Shown piece by piece: positions 1 through 14,269 of a stretch of DNA of 64,000 nucleotides. The notes under the pieces are model-generated. The model was not told the origin of the DNA. It worked only from the letters and a program-made list of their open reading frames with translations, and did no database searches. Both the position numbers and the translations under genes were made by a program. The first letter of the stretch is position 1. Every line of letters starts with the position of its first letter. Source of the DNA: Octopus vulgaris (lineage: Eukaryota); assembly GCA_951406725.2 (NCBI GenBank), contig OX597840.1:38812001-38876000 (forward strand). The letters are read 5' to 3'.

Positions 1-587
1 GAAGCAGCAACTATAACAGAGTATTCAATATAGAGAGATTTTTACGCTTAAAATGACGCGGAATTTTTTAACCAAAGAGCAAAGTTTAATTCAGTGAAAG
101 TTCAATGAGTTTCACGTCGCTATTTTCTTTCTTTCTTTAAAGCGTCGCCTACGTTTGAGCAAACTGACCCAAGGATTCAGTCCAAGGGACATATTATTAG
201 TAAAGTTAACATCGATTAAATATGCAAATTACAAAACGCAGGTATTATTGATGTTACTGTCAGCTAGTATTTATATATATATATATATATATTCTCTAGT
301 TTCACCGCAGAGCTGTGGCCATGCTGACGCACCGCCGTTTTGCTACACTGTTATTACTAAGAGCCTCCTCTAATATGTGGTACTTGGTGAAGCATGGAGT
401 TTGATATAGCTACCCTCATTTGTACATCTTGCCGTGTGGTAGGTTCATATGGGACTCTCGACAGGAAGAGGTCCAGGTTTGATTTTTAAAAAACCTACAT
501 CTACTTTGTGCAAGTTCCTTAGAGCGTTTGGGAGAATATTAAATATTAAAACATACATTCATATATATATATATATATATGAACGTA

Positions 588-649
<62 letters not shown>

Positions 650-778
650 CGTATGTATGTATGTATGTATGTATATATATGCATATATGCACACATATTA
701 TAATTGGCATTTTCTATAACTAACACTCAACAGACTTATGTCATAATTCTGATATTCACAATATTTGCTTTCTTTATC

Positions 779-859
<81 letters not shown>

Positions 860-1116
860 GATGGATAGATATGCAATATTTTACCAAGACGTAAGGTGTT
901 TTCTTCTCTTTCCTTGTTTGTTTCTTTTTTTTCTTTCAATTTCAATCATTCGATCTCTACCAATTACTATTCTTATTATCGAAACTGCTCTAACTTATAA
1001 CCCTTTTCTCTGTTGATGTTAATGGTTGCATTTTTTTATATAGGTCGTGTTTAGTTTTGCTATTGTCGTTGTTGTTGCTGTTGTTGTTGTTGCCATTGCT
1101 ATCATCGTCGTCGTCC

Positions 1117-1148
<32 letters not shown>

Positions 1149-2329
1149 GCTGGCATTCATGCTGTTCTTGTTGTTCTCGTTGATGGTTTATTCAAAAGTA
1201 TTAGAAGGACAGAAGCTATTCGGCACCAAAGGTATTATAAGAAGCAGAATGAGATTATTGATCCTAAAAGTAGAAAGAGCAGCATGGCTGCTTTTAGCAT
1301 TGTCTTGATGGATTAATGTCATGTCTGAAAGAGATTGGTAATTCCAGCATTGTCGATGCTCTCTGTAGACTCAAGGGAAATTTTACGATTCGCCTAACTT
1401 ACTGGAATCTTATGTTTCTCGGTTTTCTTACAAGTTTTTTGTTTTTTTTTAATATTTTGTTCATCTTTTATTGTATTTTTGTTGCGTATTTGCTTGTCGA
1501 ATGATGGCGGATTTGTTAGAGAATTCTAGAGAACAAGGTTATGTATATTCTGGTACTCTATCTTTTATCCTTCGCTAATTTTATTTCAAATCCCCAACGA
1601 ATTAGTCATGAGTACGCATGGACTATTCATGAAAGGCTTGGGACAACCAGTTAAAGACATTAACAGTTCGCACGATGGCACCTACACCCAACCAATATGC
1701 TCTGCCATTGGCGTGTGTTCTTCATTCCCATAATATCCTGTTCTAGCGCTCAGGATTTTCTTTTGTAATATTGGTTTCAGATTTTGGTACAATGCCAGCA
1801 ACTCTGTGAAATAGTGCACGTTGATGATAACGACACTATTGAACAACTGGTATCTCTGTGTCAACTACTAAAAGATGAAAGATGAATGCTTGTGAATCGG
1901 AGATCGTGTCGACAAGTGATGGTGGGTGCGAGTCTAATGCGAGTGAAGGTGATTCAGAAAACAATTATAATAATAATATTTTATTATAAATGATCTTAAC
2001 GTTGCTTTTAATTTACATAAAATATTCTTCACATTCTTCTGTTGTTGTTTTTTTGCCATTTATTTACGAGTATCATCAATTTTTATGGGTGAAATATTTT
2101 TCTGGGAACGAAGTACGATTTATAACAGTGCTGGGAATTTCTTGCTCTGCTTTACACGTTTGCGTTTTACGAGCGGTTTCCAGGATGAATTAACTCGCAT
2201 AACGAGACGCCACTGTGTAAGTATGTATGCATGTATATATGTATGCATGCATGTATGTATGTATGCATGCATGTATGTATGTATGCATGCATGTATGTAT
2301 GTATGTATGCATGCATGCATGTATTTATG

Positions 2330-2362
<33 letters not shown>

Positions 2363-3462
2363 GTATGTATGCATGTATATGTGTATGTATAATTGTAATC
2401 GATGGACTTCCACTTAGTGTGCGATGTGAATAATCACACACAAAATATCGATAGATCCAGGGCCGCGGAGTCCGACTGAATTCGAAACCGCGTGACTACA
2501 CAGTACTCATCTTAACCACACAGTTTGGATCATTACAAAGTTACTGTGAGTAGCTTCCAACAAAAGAGTATCGATATATAGAGGAGGAAATGGATCGATT
2601 GGCACTCTAAGAAGAGAAAAAAACTATTGTATCAGGTGTCGATATTTGCTCCAACATCCGTAAGGAAATACGGTTGACATATAATCTTGCAAGGAAGGGT
2701 CTTATACGGTTTTATGGAAAGATATTATCGCTTAAAAAACACGACGACCACTAGAAAATATGTGAGACACCATGGCTGTTTTATCGAGATAGCTATAGCT
2801 TTTCATTTTACAGGGAGATGATGTGGTTTAATACGATTTACACTTATGAGGGAATACTGTATCGAATACAACAAGATGCCATCTTCATTCTAATACTAAA
2901 ATGGTGGACAGCCACACGCACTAAGCGTTTGAATTCCATTTCCTTTTGGTTTCCATTTCACATCATTTACTCGACTAATGGAAATGGAAACCACTGAAAA
3001 GGGGAAAAGAGACAAAAACCCTATTCTTTTCTCTCCAACGGTTAATGGACCCGGTCATGCTTTCCGAGGATATTACAGAGTCGAAGAGAAAATTTTCAAA
3101 ACTTTTCAATATTTATTATATTTCGTGCGCTATTGTTGTGGTCCAAGCAAATATCGGATAACAATGCAAAGAGAGGATTAATCATACCTACATACGTATA
3201 CATATACATACATACATATATACATACATACATACATAATACATATTTACATGCATACATACATATATATATATACATATGTGTGTGTGTGAGTATTTGT
3301 ATATATGAATATGTATGCATATATATATATATATATATATATAAATATATTTATATATGAACATATATATATATATATACATATATATATACATACATAT
3401 ATATATACATATATGTACATGCATACACACATACGCATATACATTCATATGAGTGTGCATAT

Positions 3463-3523
<61 letters not shown>

Positions 3524-3849
3524 CACACATGCACACACACAGATAGAAATAAAGATAGATAGATAGAGAGATACACAGAAATGGATTTCGGATGACTGTA
3601 AACAACGAAATATAATTTTTATAGGTACATCTTCTATAAGTTAGCTGAAAGATTGCATGTTCATCGTAGCCGTGTTACATTGTAATATATGCCACGCGTT
3701 TATATACAAGCGTGCACTTCACATTCATCGTAAGTTCGTTTAGAAACACTAACATAAAGAAAGTCTCAATTTCTGCCGAATTGTGTTTTATCAAAACTCT
3801 ATGTTGTGCAAGTTGTGTTTATTATTCACAATCGTATATTGTTAGATAA

Positions 3850-4030
3850 TATTTAACTTAGAATAACAAAGATCGACCCAGGCCATGTCTAAGTTAACCC
3901 CATATCCTGATACTATATTTTAAGTCATTTTAAGTCGGCTTTTGTGGTATCATGGCCCATTCAAGTAGGGAGATGTTGCTGAAAGAGATACATCCAGGTA
4001 TAGGTGGCTAATCAGGCATCCTTTGAAGAT
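3850..4030 (-). mobile_element. Degenerate 3' end of CR1-group LINE (same family as 24428-24776)
   Basis: Shares GGCCATGTCTAA, CCTGATA, CCATTCAAGTAG and GGTGGCT blocks with 24428-24776. Confidence 0.55.
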
Positions 4031-4090
4031 ATATATGTATGTATATTACCGTTTATATCAATATATATATACACATATATATAAATATAT

Positions 4091-4124
<34 letters not shown>

Positions 4125-4126
<2 letters not shown>

Positions 4127-4304
4127 GATATAGGATAAAATTTGTTTCGGGAAAAATTTTTTATCAATGGCCAGCGTATCAAAAAATGCTTTTAAAGGTA
4201 AAATTTATACATAATTTACAAAATAAGGGCAGAAGAAAAATTCTAATGCCAGATACGCCGGCGTATCTGGCATTAGAATTTTTCTTCTGCCCTTCTCTTG
4301 TAAA
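4125..4304 (-). mobile_element. Short (TA)n-embedded element with fold-back end (putative Penelope-like remnant)
   Basis: Flanked by (TA)n; contains a perfect 70-bp palindrome at 4225-4294; the minus-strand end TTTTATCCTATAT resembles the ends at 54127 and 57655. Confidence 0.5.
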
Positions 4305-4319
4305 GTATATATATATATA

Positions 4320-4504
4320 GGGGGGGGGAGAGTTTACGAAGAAAACAAAAGACGAAGACAGGTGGTGTACAAAACAAACAGATGTATTAGTATAACGCTC
4401 AGGGATAGAAAAAGTCTTTTACGTTTCAAGCCTACGCTCTTCGACAGAGAGGAACACAGAAAAAATCAAGGAGAGAAAAAAATGCGTGTAGTGGCTAACA
4501 ATCT

Positions 4505-4508
<4 letters not shown>
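4320..4508 (-). mobile_element. Interspersed repeat with variant hammerhead motif (putative Penelope-like pLTR)
   Basis: Homologous to 29960-30112 and 47255-47400; minus strand reads CTGTCGA-A-GAGCGTAGGCTT-GAAA-CG-TA-AAAGA; flanked by (TA)n. Confidence 0.55.
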
Positions 4509-4543
<35 letters not shown>

Positions 4544-4544
4544 G

Positions 4545-4698
4545 TCGTGAAAGAGTACAACAGGGTTCACCCACACACCCCGACGGATCCTCATAGAGTT
4601 TAGGTGATTTTGCTCAATAAACACTCACAATGCCCGGTCTGGGAATCGAAACCGCGTTGTTACAACCGCGAGTCCACTGCCCTAACTACTGCGCCTCC
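4545..4698 (-). mobile_element. SINE family C, 5' part
   Basis: Matches the head of 14270-14652 (CCCGGTCTGGGAATCGAAACCGCG). Confidence 0.8.
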
Positions 4699-5156
4699 TT
4701 GGCTGTGATTCTGTATAAAGACTAAAAAATTCGTCAGATAAATATGGCTTTTGACCGGATCGGCCAATGAACTATGTATAATTTATTTGCTGTGACTCTA
4801 AATAAAACACAGAGGGACATATGGAGAGTGGAAATGGAATTCTTGTTGAATTCTGAGAAATAAGGAAATCTGAGAAATAATTGTAGCTGGTTAAGATGAA
4901 CAGCAAAAAATAAACAGTGACGTATTGGTACCCGGCAGAAGAATATGGAATTGGTTGGGAATTTGAGAGAATAAACGGAAAACTGTTTGTGTTCCGATAA
5001 CAAAAAATCTAAAACCCAGGGTGAAGAATTTAAAATTAAGGAACTACATCTATGTATATGTAAATATTTTGGTATCTATTTATATATCTTTGCATCTATC
5101 TATCTACCTATCTAATGTATCTACTAAGCGAGCTATCTCACACGCGCGCTGTTTAT

Positions 5157-5772
<616 letters not shown>

Positions 5773-7476
5773 CTTTCTTTTATTAGCCACACAGGGCTGA
5801 ATACAGAGGGGACAAATACAAATGCAGAGCTTTTCTTTTCGAGGGTGGAAAAAAATAAAAATGTAAGATTGCGATCAAAAGGGATCGAGAGGAGGAAAAA
5901 AAAGGAAAAAAAGAAAATCGTGTATCACAGAAATAATGGTGTAAACATTGATATAACAAGATTGGGTTCATCCGTGGGAAGAAAAGCCTACAGAAAAGAC
6001 CACGGGAACCCCAGTCAGGGAGGAAATAAACACATGAGGTCAAAAATGCTCTCTTTCTTTCTTTTTTACGATCTACAGGATCATGCTCAAAATGGTTTCG
6101 TTACTAGCACGCACCATCTTTGCAACATTCACCCATCTTTTATTGAATCTTTCGCGAGACAAAACTTCCCTCTCCATTCTCACCTTCCTTTTCAAGTGGT
6201 ACTTGAAAAAGTTGATGAGCGAATGGCCAGAGAGGTAAGTGTTTGTCTCTAATCCTTTCGCTCGAGTCCACCACACACATTCTTTCACCATGGCCACCAG
6301 TACGATGAAAACTGCCTTGCCTTCCCGGTTGAGGGAAGGGGGCGGAGCAATTCTCACGATAGACTCGGCCGATAGGCGGATTCGTCCCACACGTGACAGC
6401 AGCCGTTCGGCATAAGCCCACAGGTCGGAAATGGTTGGACATTGCACGAGTGCGTGCAGAACGGTTTCGTCGCTCTGACCGCATCTCGGGCAAGTCGGTC
6501 CAGTGTGTCTGGAACCGTGTCTGTAGAGCTTATCCCGAACAGGTAATGCTTCTCGATAGCACTGCCAGGCCAGGGATCTTTGGTGATTGTTCATAGGTCC
6601 CGGCCCGAAAGTTGTCCTGAACAGGCGGGTCAGGTGTTCCTCGTCGACGCCCAGACTCTGCCCGAGTTCGTCGTCGCATCTCCCCTCCACTAATCCTCTA
6701 TAGAATGCCTTTGTTGTGATGGAGTCGCACAAGTTCGATCCCGGACGGCAGAGTTGCTTGAGAGCAACGCGACACTCACGGTGCCATTCGCCTAGCCTCG
6801 GTCTCTGCTTGATCCATGACTGTAGTTCGTCCAAGGAGACGAGCTGCGGGAAAGCGCGCCGCACAAAAGGCGACCACCCCTGTTCACCGTTGTCTATGAA
6901 GCGCCGGAGATGTCGCAGTCTCAGCGCATGTCTGCGCATCATCAACCACGGCATGCCCAGCCCTCCATTTAGCGGGTGTTGGCAGCAAATGGATCGCCTG
7001 ACCATCGGAACGTTTCCCTTCCACAAGAAGCGGAAGAGTATGCGTTCCAGTTTGGTGATGGTAGGGTCGGGACAAGGCACGACGGTCAGACGGTACTCGA
7101 TGACGGATGCGATGTACGCGTTCGCCACCTCCGCCCGACCTTTTAGGGATAGCTTTCTCTCAGTCCATTTCTGGGTGAGAGTAGCCACCCTGAGTCGTTA
7201 TCTCGCCCCAGTTCTTCTCCATTTGGAGGTCCGGACCGAACCAGACCCCGAGCAATTTAACCGGTCCGTCCGTCCAGCGTCCCACGATGGAGACGCTGTT
7301 GGACGGCATGGGCTTGCTTCTCCAGGTGCCGAGCCGCAAGCCCACTGACTTTTCCCGGTTAATTTTTGCTCCCGTTACCGCTTCGTATTCTTTCAGTGTC
7401 TCGCCGACCAGCTCGATGTGCTCGTAGCTCGACACTATGACGGTGACGTCATCCGCGTATGCAGACACGCGTATGC
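5773..7476 (-). mobile_element. 5'-truncated Tx1/L1-clade non-LTR retrotransposon (ORF2 RT C-terminal part, zinc knuckle, 3' UTR)
   Basis: ORF 7160-7624 has SAYADD and GAKINREKS; after a frameshift near 7190, ORF 6073-7188 has LSLKGR, RFLWKG, GGLGMP and CPRC-x-ETVLHALVQC; ~300 bp T-rich 3' UTR with AATAAA at 5779-5784. Confidence 0.92.
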
Positions 7477-7532
<56 letters not shown>

Positions 7533-7549
7533 GGATGGATGGATGGATG

Positions 7550-7620
<71 letters not shown>
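7477..7620. repeat. (GATA)n/(GGAT)n microsatellite
   Basis: Same motif as the array on the other side of the LINE. Confidence 0.97.
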
Positions 7621-7621
<1 letters not shown>

Positions 7622-8395
7622 CATATATCGATAGGTATATACATTCTACTCTGTCTTTCTCTCGCCACATATAATTCCTACACACACATGTATATATATA
7701 TGCGCGTATGACTGTACGTATGTGTATGTCCGTTGTATGTATGAGTGTGTGTGCGTGTATGCGGGCGTTCGCATGTGAATTTGCTTGTATGTGTTTGTAT
7801 GTGTGTTCCATCTTCATGTCTGCGTCCCCAATACGGTCCCCGATAATAAATACGTTATCTATAGGTACACATCTGAATACAACAGTGGTGTGAAACTCGT
7901 TCTGGTAAGGGGAAAAAATCAGTTTAACTAAGATATATAGATATTTAAATAACATATACAGATATTTGTTAAACAGAAACCTGCATCATACGGCTGCCAT
8001 TTACATTGTCTTGCAATGATCTCTAAACATGACATATAACGTACCCAATACTTGAAGTATTGCTTCGTTTGGTTTTTTTTTTTTTTGTCCTATCTTTTGC
8101 TCATCATCGTTTACAGAGTATTAAGACAGAAAACGAAAGAAAATGTAAACAAGATTGATAATACGAAAGAAATAAACTATACATGGGAATGGTGTAATGA
8201 TGTCTTTTATATTCATTCCAAAAAGAAAAGAAACGAGCAAGAATAAAAGAAGCGCAAACCTAATGCTTTTCTACATTTTGCGATGCTAAAACATAGACAT
8301 TCATGACGCACCATGTATGTGTGTACATATCGAAAGACACACATGTAGCTACACACCTCTGTATAAGTACGTGTATGTATATGTACAATCATATA

Positions 8396-8447
<52 letters not shown>

Positions 8448-9492
8448 AAAATATGTATATGTATATATGTATATATGTGTACGTATGTATGTCTATATAT
8501 ACATACATTCATATATATATATATATATATATACATATAATTGGTTACATATGTATATGTATATATAAAAATATTCACATACACAGAAAAATAAATATGC
8601 ATATAAATGTAAAAATATATGCATTGATATGTCTATATGTACACTCATACATACACACACACACATATATATATATGTATATATATATATATCTATATCT
8701 ATATATATATATATAAGCGCACACATATATATTTATATATATATATACACGCGCACACACACATATATTTATATATACATGTATATATATACACGCACAC
8801 ACACACACACAAACACATATATAAATACAAATTTACTCGTGTTTGCATTTGCATACATGCATACCTATATATATTTAAGATAATATGCATATGTGTGTAC
8901 ATGTGTATGTATGCATGTATGTACGTACATATACTTTTGTGTATGCACGTATGTGTTGTTTGTATGTAGGTATCTATGTATGCAATACTATGTATAAACT
9001 ATGTATGTATATTTATTTGTATGTATGTACGTACGCATATGTGTATTCACGAACACACCGTAGTATACATTTAAAGATCCCAAACCTTCAACAAAAAGGA
9101 AAAAGAGAATGTATGTAGAATCCTACATCGATAGTCTTAAACACTCATACACACAATTCTATACACACACGCGCGCTGTTATATACACATAACAAACAGT
9201 ACAAGAACAACCAAACAAACACAATCACCCTCTTCTTAAACTTACAACGCATATTTTCCTTCACACTATTATCTAACCATCCATTTTGAAGCGAAACGGA
9301 ATTACGAAAATGTCAAGAAGGAAATTTATATTCAAAGGAAAATAATTGTCTAGCTGGTTTCATGTTTGTATTTAATATTTTTTTCTATTTTAATTCTCTT
9401 TATTTTATATTTTTGGGTTTTATTTCATTTATATTTATAATTTATTTGTTTTTTCTTTGTGTATATTTGAGTATATATATATATGTATTCCT

Positions 9493-9523
<31 letters not shown>

Positions 9524-9633
9524 CTATTTATTTATCTACACACACACACACATATATACATATATGTACATGTATATATATATGTATGTATGTATGTATA
9601 TATTCATACGTACACACAGGCATGCTTATGTAC

Positions 9634-9699
<66 letters not shown>

Positions 9700-9764
9700 A
9701 TATATGGAAAGAAAAAAAATGATGAGATAAAGAATATCAGTGATGTGTTTGAAGGCGACGTGGA

Positions 9765-10020
9765 CGATGGCGGCGGCGGCGGTGGTGGTGGTGATGGTGG
9801 TGGTGGTGGTGGTGGTGGTGGTGGGGGTGGAGGGGGGTGCTGGTGCTGGTGCCGTTGTTGACGAGACGACGGCGCTGTTGACGGCGAGAGATATGACGAC
9901 GATGATGATGATGACGGGGGCGAGGGCAAAAACGATGATTATCATCACCATGGTAATGATACTAATGATGACTCTGACCATCATGATGATAATGATGACG
10001 ATGTTGATGAGGATTAGGAT
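9765..10020. repeat. Compound (GGT)n/(GAT)n trinucleotide low-complexity tract
   Basis: Runs of GGC/GGT/GAT; gives spurious poly-G/P/V/M ORFs. Confidence 0.85.
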
Positions 10021-10764
10021 GAACTTCTTTATTCCCAAGTGACGATCTGTTACATGTAATTCCAAAGTACATCGATATTCTAGTAGTTTCATTATTCATG
10101 CATGTTTTCTTGGCCAGGATTATTAACTCTCCCTCGCTATCTCTCTCTCTCTCTCAATCTATATTTCTCTATCTTCCTCGCTTTCTTCCTCACACAGTCA
10201 CCAACTTCCTCTCTGTCACTCTCTTCCACACCTTACACATTTACGCTAAAATGGTTAATGTTTTATAAACATCAACCATTCACACAGTGAAGCTGACTTA
10301 TAGGTATCGATATAGTCTTTAACAATTAAAGAATTATTTGTTCCAAATTTTACACACCAGTTTCAATTGGTGCTTAATTTATATAATGCATATGTTGTGT
10401 TTACGTCTCCTGTCACAATGTCGGGTAGGTTGTTCTTAAAGAACGTCATTTAAGAGTTGTGTGATAAATTTTATCGTGGGTTATTTCTTGTATACAGCAC
10501 CTCTTGTATGGAGTTTTTTTTTATGTCTACTACTGTCTTTAGTACAGCGTTGGTCCTAAACTGTTTATTGAAATAAGTATGTTGGTACATTGAACGGAGA
10601 ATCAAGTTGCGTTGCTTGGTTATTTAGCTGCGCCGAACGAGGCATCCAGCAGCGTTGCACGCAAGATTATTGTGCGTTGCATTTAACATCTAAGTGCAAC
10701 GTGGATTTTCAGTCTTTAGATTTAAGGTTTTGGATCATACCTACAAATGCCTAAGTATGTTCTT

Positions 10765-10905
10765 TTCTACCCAAGGCACAAGGCCCAAGATTTTGGAACA
10801 GGGTGCAGTCGATTAGATCGAATCCAGTACAGAACTGGTACTTAATTTATCAACCCAGAAATGATGAAAGGCAAAGTCGACCACGGCGGAATTTGAACTC
10901 AGAAC
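10765..10905 (-). mobile_element. SINE family A fragment with tail type 2
   Basis: GATGAAAGGCAAAGTCGACC core plus GGCACAAGGCCC tail. Confidence 0.75.
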
Positions 10906-11149
10906 ATAGAGATATGAAAATGCTTAAGTATATTGTATAGCCTATTTATCATGGTGCTATTACATAAATATTCTTGTGTCGGTGAGTTAACAGACTTTAA
11001 CGGCATTTGGTCCTTATTTACGTTACATCTTATCCTTTCAGGATAAGTTCCTCTTAGGTACCAGGGTCGATGAAATCGATTAGCCCTTTGCAATAAATTT
11101 CATTCCTCGTGCTTACAATAAATTAGAGTATTACGTGAATATGTTTATG

Positions 11150-11290
11150 ATGGCGAACCTGCAGAATAATTTGCAACGCCGGGCAAAAAGCTTGGCAGCA
11201 TTTTGATCGTCTTTAAGCTGGGGGTTCAAATTACACCGAGGTCAACTTTGCCTTTGGCCCTTTGAGGTTTTTTAAAATAAGTACAGGGAA
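11150..11290 (+). mobile_element. SINE family A, degenerate head and core
   Basis: GGCGAACCTGCAGAAT...GGTTCAAATT...GAGGTCAACTTTGCCTTT...AATAAGTAC. Confidence 0.65.
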
Positions 11291-11578
11291 CGATTTTGGC
11301 CTATAGGAAAGACAAGATGAACAAGAAATGGTAAGCAATAGTTTGAATGTTTTTTCTCGTTTATTTTTTTCGTAATTATCGCTGTGGTACTGCAAAATTA
11401 TTGGTACTGTTTGCGCATCCCTATCCCATTTCCGGCTAATTTTCATTGGATGATCATTGAGCTTTAACATATATATCTGCTACTTTTATTACAATGGTGA
11501 TATTTTAATATACGATTAAGTACAAATCTGTACAACTTGAGTATTGACAATATTTTTGTTCACATTGTATTGCAATGT

Positions 11579-11999
11579 GGGGCAGGAGTGGCTGTGTGGT
11601 AAGTAGCTTGCTAACCAACCACATGGTTCGGGGTTCAGTCCCACAGCGTGGCATCTTGAGCAAGTGTCTTCTGCCATTGCCCCGGGCCAACCAAAGCCTT
11701 GTGAGTGGGTTTGGTAGACGGAAACTAAAAGAAGCCTGTCGTATATATGTATATATATATAAATATGTATGTGTGTAGTGTTTGTGTGTCCGTGTTTGTC
11801 CCCCTAGCATGGCTTGACAACCGATGCAGGTGTGTTTACGTCCCCGTCACTTAGCGGTTCGGCACCAGAGACCGATAGAATAAGTACTGGGCTTACAAAC
11901 GAATAAGTCCCGGGGTCGAGTTGCTCGATTAAAAACGGTGCTCCATCATGGCCGCAGTCAAATGACTGAAGCAAGTAAAAGAGTAAAAGAGTAAAAGAG
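11579..11999 (+). mobile_element. SINE family B (tRNA head, CORE-like block, internal microsatellite)
   Basis: A-box TGGCTGTGTGG, B-box GGTTCAGTCCC, CTTGAGCAAGT block, internal (TA)/(TG), (GTAAAAGA)n tail; many copies in the window. Confidence 0.92.
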
Positions 12000-12849
12000 C
12001 AATGTTCTTATCGTATTTTTGTGCGTAAATATTAGGAACCGTAGCTGTATCTATGTTGTCCGGTCGTGAAAATACAACCCCGGGGACTTTCGTACGCAGC
12101 TTGGTTTCACAAGCAATCGATTAATACATCCTCACTTTCAACTAAAGATGATAGTTAGAGAAAAGCTATTTATAAAAATGTAAACAGGAATACGTCTAGT
12201 TATAAACTTATTTACATAATGGTACGAAGTTGATGCCTGGAGAATAATTCCTGGTCTTCCAACAGAACGTGGTATACACGGACACAAAAATATGTTATAC
12301 CATTCTATCAAACCACGTACACGACTGTTCAATCTTATATAAGTCTATTGTGTTATATAAGGACATATGTACATCAATTCATCATATATATATATATACA
12401 CTCACAATGTCGATATTAAGCCTCTTGCAGTGATTATGCTTCAACACACACGAACTCACATAAAGAATCTTGCAAACCAAATTCCAAAACGAAATATTTG
12501 TGTGTGCGTATGTGTGTGTGTCTGTCTGTAAATATATATTTTTATGTAAGTTATATATTTGTATATATATACACATACATACACATGAACACAAATATAT
12601 GTATCTGTGTGGATGTGCGTGTGTGTGTGTGCGTGTGTTTGTGCGTGTGTATCAGTATTTTAATAAGAGAAAATGAAATGAACAGGCTTTATCCTTGATT
12701 CACCACAAGTATTTCTGCGCACTCTTCGTTTATTATTGCATTAGTTTGATCCAACAATAGTTTTATCCATGCACCGCTCATTCCATATTGCCATATTCAT
12801 TATTTCTTTTTATATATATTCTACGGAAACTTGCGTATTTTCAGGAATA

Positions 12850-13980
12850 ATAGAAGAACGATCTGAAAGCATCTGGTAACCGAGACCTGAATAATTTTGC
12901 GTACCATCTGCAGCAGAAAGAGTGAACAAACAGAGGCTTCCTAGTTAGGTTTTGCACTTTTGTCTGCAATTCTTTCTGAATAACCACCGCTGCTAAATCT
13001 TCATTCCACTTATCTTGTTGAAGGTTGTGTTAGACATAGCATACGTTGATGGTATGCTTTGAGCAACTTTCCAAGTCTGATGATAAACATAGGTAACTGT
13101 TTATCGTTGGCGTCTTAAAACTGGTAAAAAGGATTGTATTGTGTAGATGTAGATACGCAATACCTAAAATTAATTCTGTAGATCACTGCTGAATTATATT
13201 CGATTAGAGAACGTTGCCTCAGATGTTGACTTCATCGTTAAAGGAAACAATTTCAAGAAAGATGATAACGGGTGAAATAAACATAAAGACAGTGTATTTA
13301 ATACAAAGCATGGTAACCTTAGTAGAATTAACTTTGATCAGAGCCCTTATGATAAAGTTGAAGCTCTTCTAAATCTCCTAACGATACACGTGGTGCCCCT
13401 TGTTTATGTGGCGAAACGTTAGAGTCATGATGGTCATGTCCAGGGCACCTGCGATTAAAGGCTTCTTGGCGCTAAAAATTAATAACACTGACGGATACCT
13501 GGAACAAAGTATTCCAAAGTGTACTGTGTCTAATTTGAGAGTCGATGGAAGGAACAACTTATATTATTAGTCCTTTGATAGAGGTTGAAGTGAGGATAAT
13601 CTTGGCTCTAAAAGGTTAATGAATCTGAAAAGACATTTCAGAGAATCTCGTTGTGATTTCCAACGCGGAAATACAGCCGTTTGGAATATACTATTAGTCA
13701 CTAATTAAAGATGTACTGCTAGGTCGTGTTTTGACTAAGAACTTCGGAGCTCGAAACAATCATGGCACCTTGCTGTGTGTCACAAAACACCTGCAGTATG
13801 TGGACAACCCTCGATGTCATTTGTAGGATTAACTGGCCCTTGTCCCGTTAAGGTAAGCTTAGGAGAGCTTCGAACACTTAGCATAAACTGTAATTAATCA
13901 GCAGAAGTTTGTGGCAAACGACTGCTGTGTCTTTCTCAGGAGAAAACCAGGAACTTACCGAAGAGCATGATTGCTGAAGC
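12850..13980 (+). pseudogene. Highly decayed RTE-like reverse transcriptase remnant
   Basis: LQYVDN near 13790 resembles LQYADD; no open frame; boundaries approximate. Confidence 0.3.
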
Positions 13981-14016
13981 CTTAGTCATGACACATAAAA
14001 CTGTATTCGATATTAT

Positions 14017-14246
14017 GCTTCTTTATTGCCCACAGGGGGCTAAACATAGAGGGGACAAACAAGGACAGACAAATGGATTAAGTCGATTACATCGACCCCA
14101 GTGCGTAACTTGTACTTAATTTATCGACCCCGAAAGTATGAAAGGCAAAGTCGACCTCGGGAGAATTTGAACTCAGAACGTAACGGCAGGCGAAATACCG
14201 CTAAGCATTTCGCCCGGCGTGCTAACGGTTCTGCCAGCTCGCCGCT
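14017..14246 (-). mobile_element. SINE family A, full-length monomer with 13-bp TSD
   Basis: Head GCGGCGAGCTGGCAGAA, B-box GTTCAAATT, core GCCTTTCATACTTTCGGGGTCGATAAATTAAGTAC (resembles the Meta/MESC domain); TATTCGATATTAT at 14004-14016 and 14247-14259. Confidence 0.92.
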
Positions 14247-14269
14247 TATTCGATATTATATTCGATATT

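Noticed and set aside
6716-7348. 210-aa plus-strand ORF
   Set aside because: Antisense shadow of the GC-rich LINE ORF2.
9528-10092. Poly-Pro/Gly/Val ORFs
   Set aside because: Trinucleotide repeats open in several frames; no exon support.
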